Assembly (NCBI GenBank): GCA_024276825.1
Contig: JAJRWI010000069.1
Coordinates: 1 to 64,000 of the forward strand
Length of the DNA: 64,000 nucleotides
Source of the DNA: an archaeon
GTDB taxonomy: Archaea > Asgardarchaeota > Thorarchaeia > Thorarchaeales > Thorarchaeaceae
Direction of reading: 5' to 3'
Part shown: in pieces, positions 60,879 through 64,000 of the stretch
How positions within the stretch are numbered: position 1 is the stretch's first letter
Layout of the letters: each line of letters begins with the position of its first letter
Notes under the pieces: generated by a model
What the model was told of the DNA's origin: nothing
What the model saw: the letters and a program-made list of their open reading frames with translations, nothing else
Database searches by the model: none
Made by a program: the position numbers and the translations under genes

Positions 60879-61636
60879 ATCGCCTCCACGGGTGAACTTG
60901 TACATTTGGACGAATGAGTTTCAATTGAGAGTTCATCCAACCAGTATAGGAGTTCTTGAACAAGAGGGGTTTCAATCTCATCTCGCGAAAGAACAGAGTA
61001 GATTAGGCCCTTTGCCGCATTCTTCACTGTTTGAAGAGCTAGACACCGCTCACCATCATCTAGATGGGGATATCGTGGACCCGTTTCAAAGTTCGAAACC
61101 TCCCCAAGAAAGTCACGCCAATCCAGATGCCAATAGCCAACATAAGGGTCATTATTGAGAATGCGTTCAAGAATCTTTGAGAACTCTTCCCACTTGTTCA
61201 TAAAGCGAATAACAGATTGTGCAAGAGTCCTGGCCCAGTTCTCTTTTTTTGTGGTTGCTGCCTGAAAAACGAGTTTGACATAGGTTCCAGAAGAACGGGT
61301 TTCGAGAACAGCCATTTGCAGATTGCGTGGATGCTTAGAGGCAATCAATGAGATAAGTGGAACTATACCAAAAAGATTGCAGAGAACAAACGAATACTTG
61401 CTTAGATCAATAACGGTGGTATCATTCACAAGAATACAATCTCGCAGCCCAAACACCAGACTGACCATTCCGGTATTGTCATTTTCATCAATTACATAAC
61501 GCGCAGACTCGAGATACCAATCGCCGCGAGAGAACGGAATTGCAAACCCCAGAGTGATGTCATACTGGCCATCCACCAATCTTCCTTTGCGGTCCATGAA
61601 TATATGTTCAAGATCGTCTATCAATAGCTCACCCAC
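60875..61636 (-). CDS. Hypothetical protein, first gene of the operon
   Basis: 253-aa ORF after a 212-nt AT-rich gap containing GTATAAAA on the minus strand. Confidence 0.6.
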   Translation of the reverse strand: MGELLIDDLEHIFMDRKGRLVDGQYDITLGFAIPFSRGDWYLESARYVIDENDNTGMVSLVFGLRDCILVNDTTVIDLSKYSFVLCNLFGIVPLISLIASKHPRNLQMAVLETRSSGTYVKLVFQAATTKKENWARTLAQSVIRFMNKWEEFSKILERILNNDPYVGYWHLDWRDFLGEVSNFETGPRYPHLDDGERCLALQTVKNAAKGLIYSVLSRDEIETPLVQELLYWLDELSIETHSSKCTSSPVEAI

Positions 61637-61848
61637 ATTACCATTCCATTTGTGATAATTTTCGAATTTTCATCATTCCCAATAATTGACTAATCGATTA
61701 AGAAGGCAAAATAGAGGAATTTTATACTAAAATGATGGATAAACACCAGTCATAAAGTCCCACTATTAGGATAAACGAATATTATTACCACATCAATCAT
61801 CATTTGGGAATGGGTAGAACCATAGCCAATAATACTGTGGTATGAGTG

Positions 61849-63690
61849 TTACGCTTCTTGTCGCTTGCGAGTGAGGATTATTGTTCCGATGAGGATTATT
61901 GAGGATGAAGCAATAATTGACCCAGCTAGAGTGGGGGCTATATTAGGCCCGCTAATACCTGTAGTGGAGTAAATCGGTTTTAGCTGGCACTGCGGAACTC
62001 CAAAGAAGTAATTATTATTATTTTCCAGAATAATCAGTTCGGTGGGATTATATGAATTAAGGATGAATGGACCTGATGTCACTAATGTAGGATCATTTGG
62101 CAGTGGCTCCCAATCATTCCATTCCCCATGTTCAAAATCAACGAAGATGTGTTTAGGCAGGATGGGCATGTATGCAATAGAGTGAAGATGCCAGAAGGAC
62201 TCGGTATTGAATCTAAATCTTACTCGATAGTCAGTCATTGCTACTGCCTGTGTCATATTCCAAAGATCTGGCAAATACTTGGATACGGATTCGTCGCGAT
62301 AATAATTCATTGTGAATGCCACATCTTCTGCAGTTAGTTGATTTCCATCGCTCCATGTTATATTCTGGCGTATATCGAATGTGATCTGGGTATATCCTTC
62401 GGGAACTGAGGGATTATCAGCATGAGTTTCAATAATGTACGATTCAGCCAGCCAAGGGATGTCTTCACCATTAGGACCAATTTTAATCAGACTGTCATAT
62501 AGCAGATATTGAATATCCAATTGCCCATAATTGGTCAGGATTCTCATTGTGTTAAAGGATTCAACATCTGAAAGTGTGCATATCCGAAGCGTTCCGCCAA
62601 TGGGAGTATCGCCTTGTTTGAGATGAACTCTCTGCCATGTCCACCAACCAAAACTGCCCTCGTTGATATCTGGAATGAACCCCTCGAATTTATCTGTCCG
62701 ATATGCTGAAATAATAAAATTCTGACATACCACTATTTCTGGACATTGATAGACTAGAATTTTCTGAATCTCAAAAGCTGCTTCTCTCACTGCATCTGAA
62801 TCAGTGGATCTTAGGAGCTCATCAATATATGTATCCAGCGTATCATTCGAGAACCGCGCAGTGCTAAAGCCATATAAAGTACGGCTAGATGAAGAGAATT
62901 CATGAGCAAGCCAGTTCACATCTAAAGTGGGAAAAGATCGAACAAGATATGCCACATCATAGCTATGTAATGCATAGATTCTAGTTAGATATCCATAGTA
63001 TTGCTCTTCAACTCCAAAAGCATTAATTCCAATCGCCTGAAGGGCCGAAACTGCAAGGTCTACTGTGGCAGCTCCCCCGGCAAGTATATTGCAGTATGAT
63101 ACTTCCACATCAAAATCCATACCATTGGGCGCTTCGCGATAGCCATCAGAATCAATGTCTAGAAAGCCTGCATTATCAAGAAGCTGAATTGCATAACTAA
63201 AGTTTGCATCATAATAATGATAGTCCATTATCTCCTCAATTGAATATGGATTATTACGTGGCACACAGGAGTCCAGAGGGAAGGCAAGATCATTCCAAAC
63301 ATTATGAACTAATGCGGTCTTATCAAATGCAAAGGCAAATGCACGACGAAATTCAGTGATATTGAATGGATATTCTTCAGTGTTAATTGAAAAATAGAAA
63401 TAGCCATTCCTTAGTACCTTTGATGTTTCGATTGACTCAGCATCGTTAAGCTCATATAGATAACTAGGGCTGATCGAATTCGCTATGACATCAACCTCAT
63501 CATTCAGCAATGCGCTGACTTGAGAGGAAATGGGAGAGATGGGTTTTGACATAATCTCGCTTATGAAAGGGCCGCTGTATTTGTGTCCAGGAAGAAGCAT
63601 TTGCGAGTTGACAAGGGATATACTTGAAGTGATGATTATCGAAACAATAATAATTGCTGATACTCCCTTTAATCCTCGTAATCCTTTCAT
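61849..63690 (-). CDS. ABC peptide/nickel substrate-binding protein (family 5), circularly permuted, with C-terminal TM anchor
   Basis: PFNITEFRRAFAFAFD precedes GGTLRI...PWLAESY...WSDGNQLTAEDVAFT...TSGPFIL. Confidence 0.82.
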   Translation of the reverse strand: MKGLRGLKGVSAIIIVSIIITSSISLVNSQMLLPGHKYSGPFISEIMSKPISPISSQVSALLNDEVDVIANSISPSYLYELNDAESIETSKVLRNGYFYFSINTEEYPFNITEFRRAFAFAFDKTALVHNVWNDLAFPLDSCVPRNNPYSIEEIMDYHYYDANFSYAIQLLDNAGFLDIDSDGYREAPNGMDFDVEVSYCNILAGGAATVDLAVSALQAIGINAFGVEEQYYGYLTRIYALHSYDVAYLVRSFPTLDVNWLAHEFSSSSRTLYGFSTARFSNDTLDTYIDELLRSTDSDAVREAAFEIQKILVYQCPEIVVCQNFIISAYRTDKFEGFIPDINEGSFGWWTWQRVHLKQGDTPIGGTLRICTLSDVESFNTMRILTNYGQLDIQYLLYDSLIKIGPNGEDIPWLAESYIIETHADNPSVPEGYTQITFDIRQNITWSDGNQLTAEDVAFTMNYYRDESVSKYLPDLWNMTQAVAMTDYRVRFRFNTESFWHLHSIAYMPILPKHIFVDFEHGEWNDWEPLPNDPTLVTSGPFILNSYNPTELIILENNNNYFFGVPQCQLKPIYSTTGISGPNIAPTLAGSIIASSSIILIGTIILTRKRQEA

Positions 63691-63782
63691 TTTTGAATCG
63701 TGGAGAATTATGACGAGATTAATACTAACTCTTATTGTGTAAACTCGGACACCAGAATGCCATTTGTGGAATAGTGCAATTT

Positions 63783-64000
63783 CTAAATCCAATCGCCAGT
63801 TTCTAGCTTTCTAGGTAGATACTCATCAGTAAGGAATTGGAATGAATGACTTGCAAATGCCTGAATCTCTGCCTTCTCCTTCATCTTGAGCATGAGCTTG
63901 AGATCCTGCACCCATTCCTTATTAGCCTGTACGAAGGGTTCTTTCAGCATGTCCTTCACACGTTTGATGTCAGCAGGCTCCATTGGAATCCTCACGGCCT
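63783..64000 (-). CDS. top6A: DNA topoisomerase VI subunit A (Spo11 family), C-terminal fragment
   Basis: DIKRVKDML.EPF...EW..DL..ML..KEKAEIQA...FL..EYLPRKL...DW matches the Top6A/Spo11 C-terminus; runs off window end. Confidence 0.8.
   Translation of the reverse strand, partial: AVRIPMEPADIKRVKDMLKEPFVQANKEWVQDLKLMLKMKEKAEIQAFASHSFQFLTDEYLPRKLETGDWI

Noticed and set aside
45926-61636. Integrated plasmid, ICE or provirus
   Set aside because: No integrase, relaxase, primase, capsid, tRNA target or flanking direct repeats seen, and no obvious compositional shift by eye
1-64000. Genome-wide TAG recoding (pyrrolysine), suggested by in-frame upstream TAGs at radA and pheS
   Set aside because: Several well-defined genes (mre11, radA, the 9471 regulator, GGR) end at TAG at expected positions, often abutting the next gene; TAG behaves as a stop here

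Overview
Gene-dense archaeal window, most likely Asgard (Thorarchaeia-like). This is inferred from two Rab-like GTPases, roadblock proteins, archaeal RadA/PheST/GGR/Top6A, GGTGA/GGAGG ribosome-binding sites and TTTATA boxes. Bases 1-35.8 kb are mostly housekeeping and transport genes: glmS, purA, GGR, pheST, radA, a mre11 plus very short hook-less rad50 pair, and ABC systems. A ~2,600-aa surface protein follows. The standout is a tightly coupled 16-gene minus-strand operon (45.9-61.6 kb). It combines three RecA/Rad51-family paralogues, an Fe-S XPD/Rad3 helicase, a Hel308/Ski2 helicase with an inserted SWIM zinc finger, a PIP-box FEN1/XPG nuclease, a membrane-anchored degenerate VirB4/HerA-like ATPase and several membrane proteins. 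It is a candidate membrane-coupled DNA import/exchange-and-recombination system. Signals outside the ORF track include a structured pheS leader with three Phe-codon uORFs, a radA lacking a canonical start (SD+ATT, or an in-frame TAG), and a 16-aa small ORF with its own SD and terminator. A circularly permuted peptide-binding protein is also present. No tRNA, rRNA, CRISPR array, transposase or integrase was recognised. All family calls come from motif recognition by eye, not database searches.
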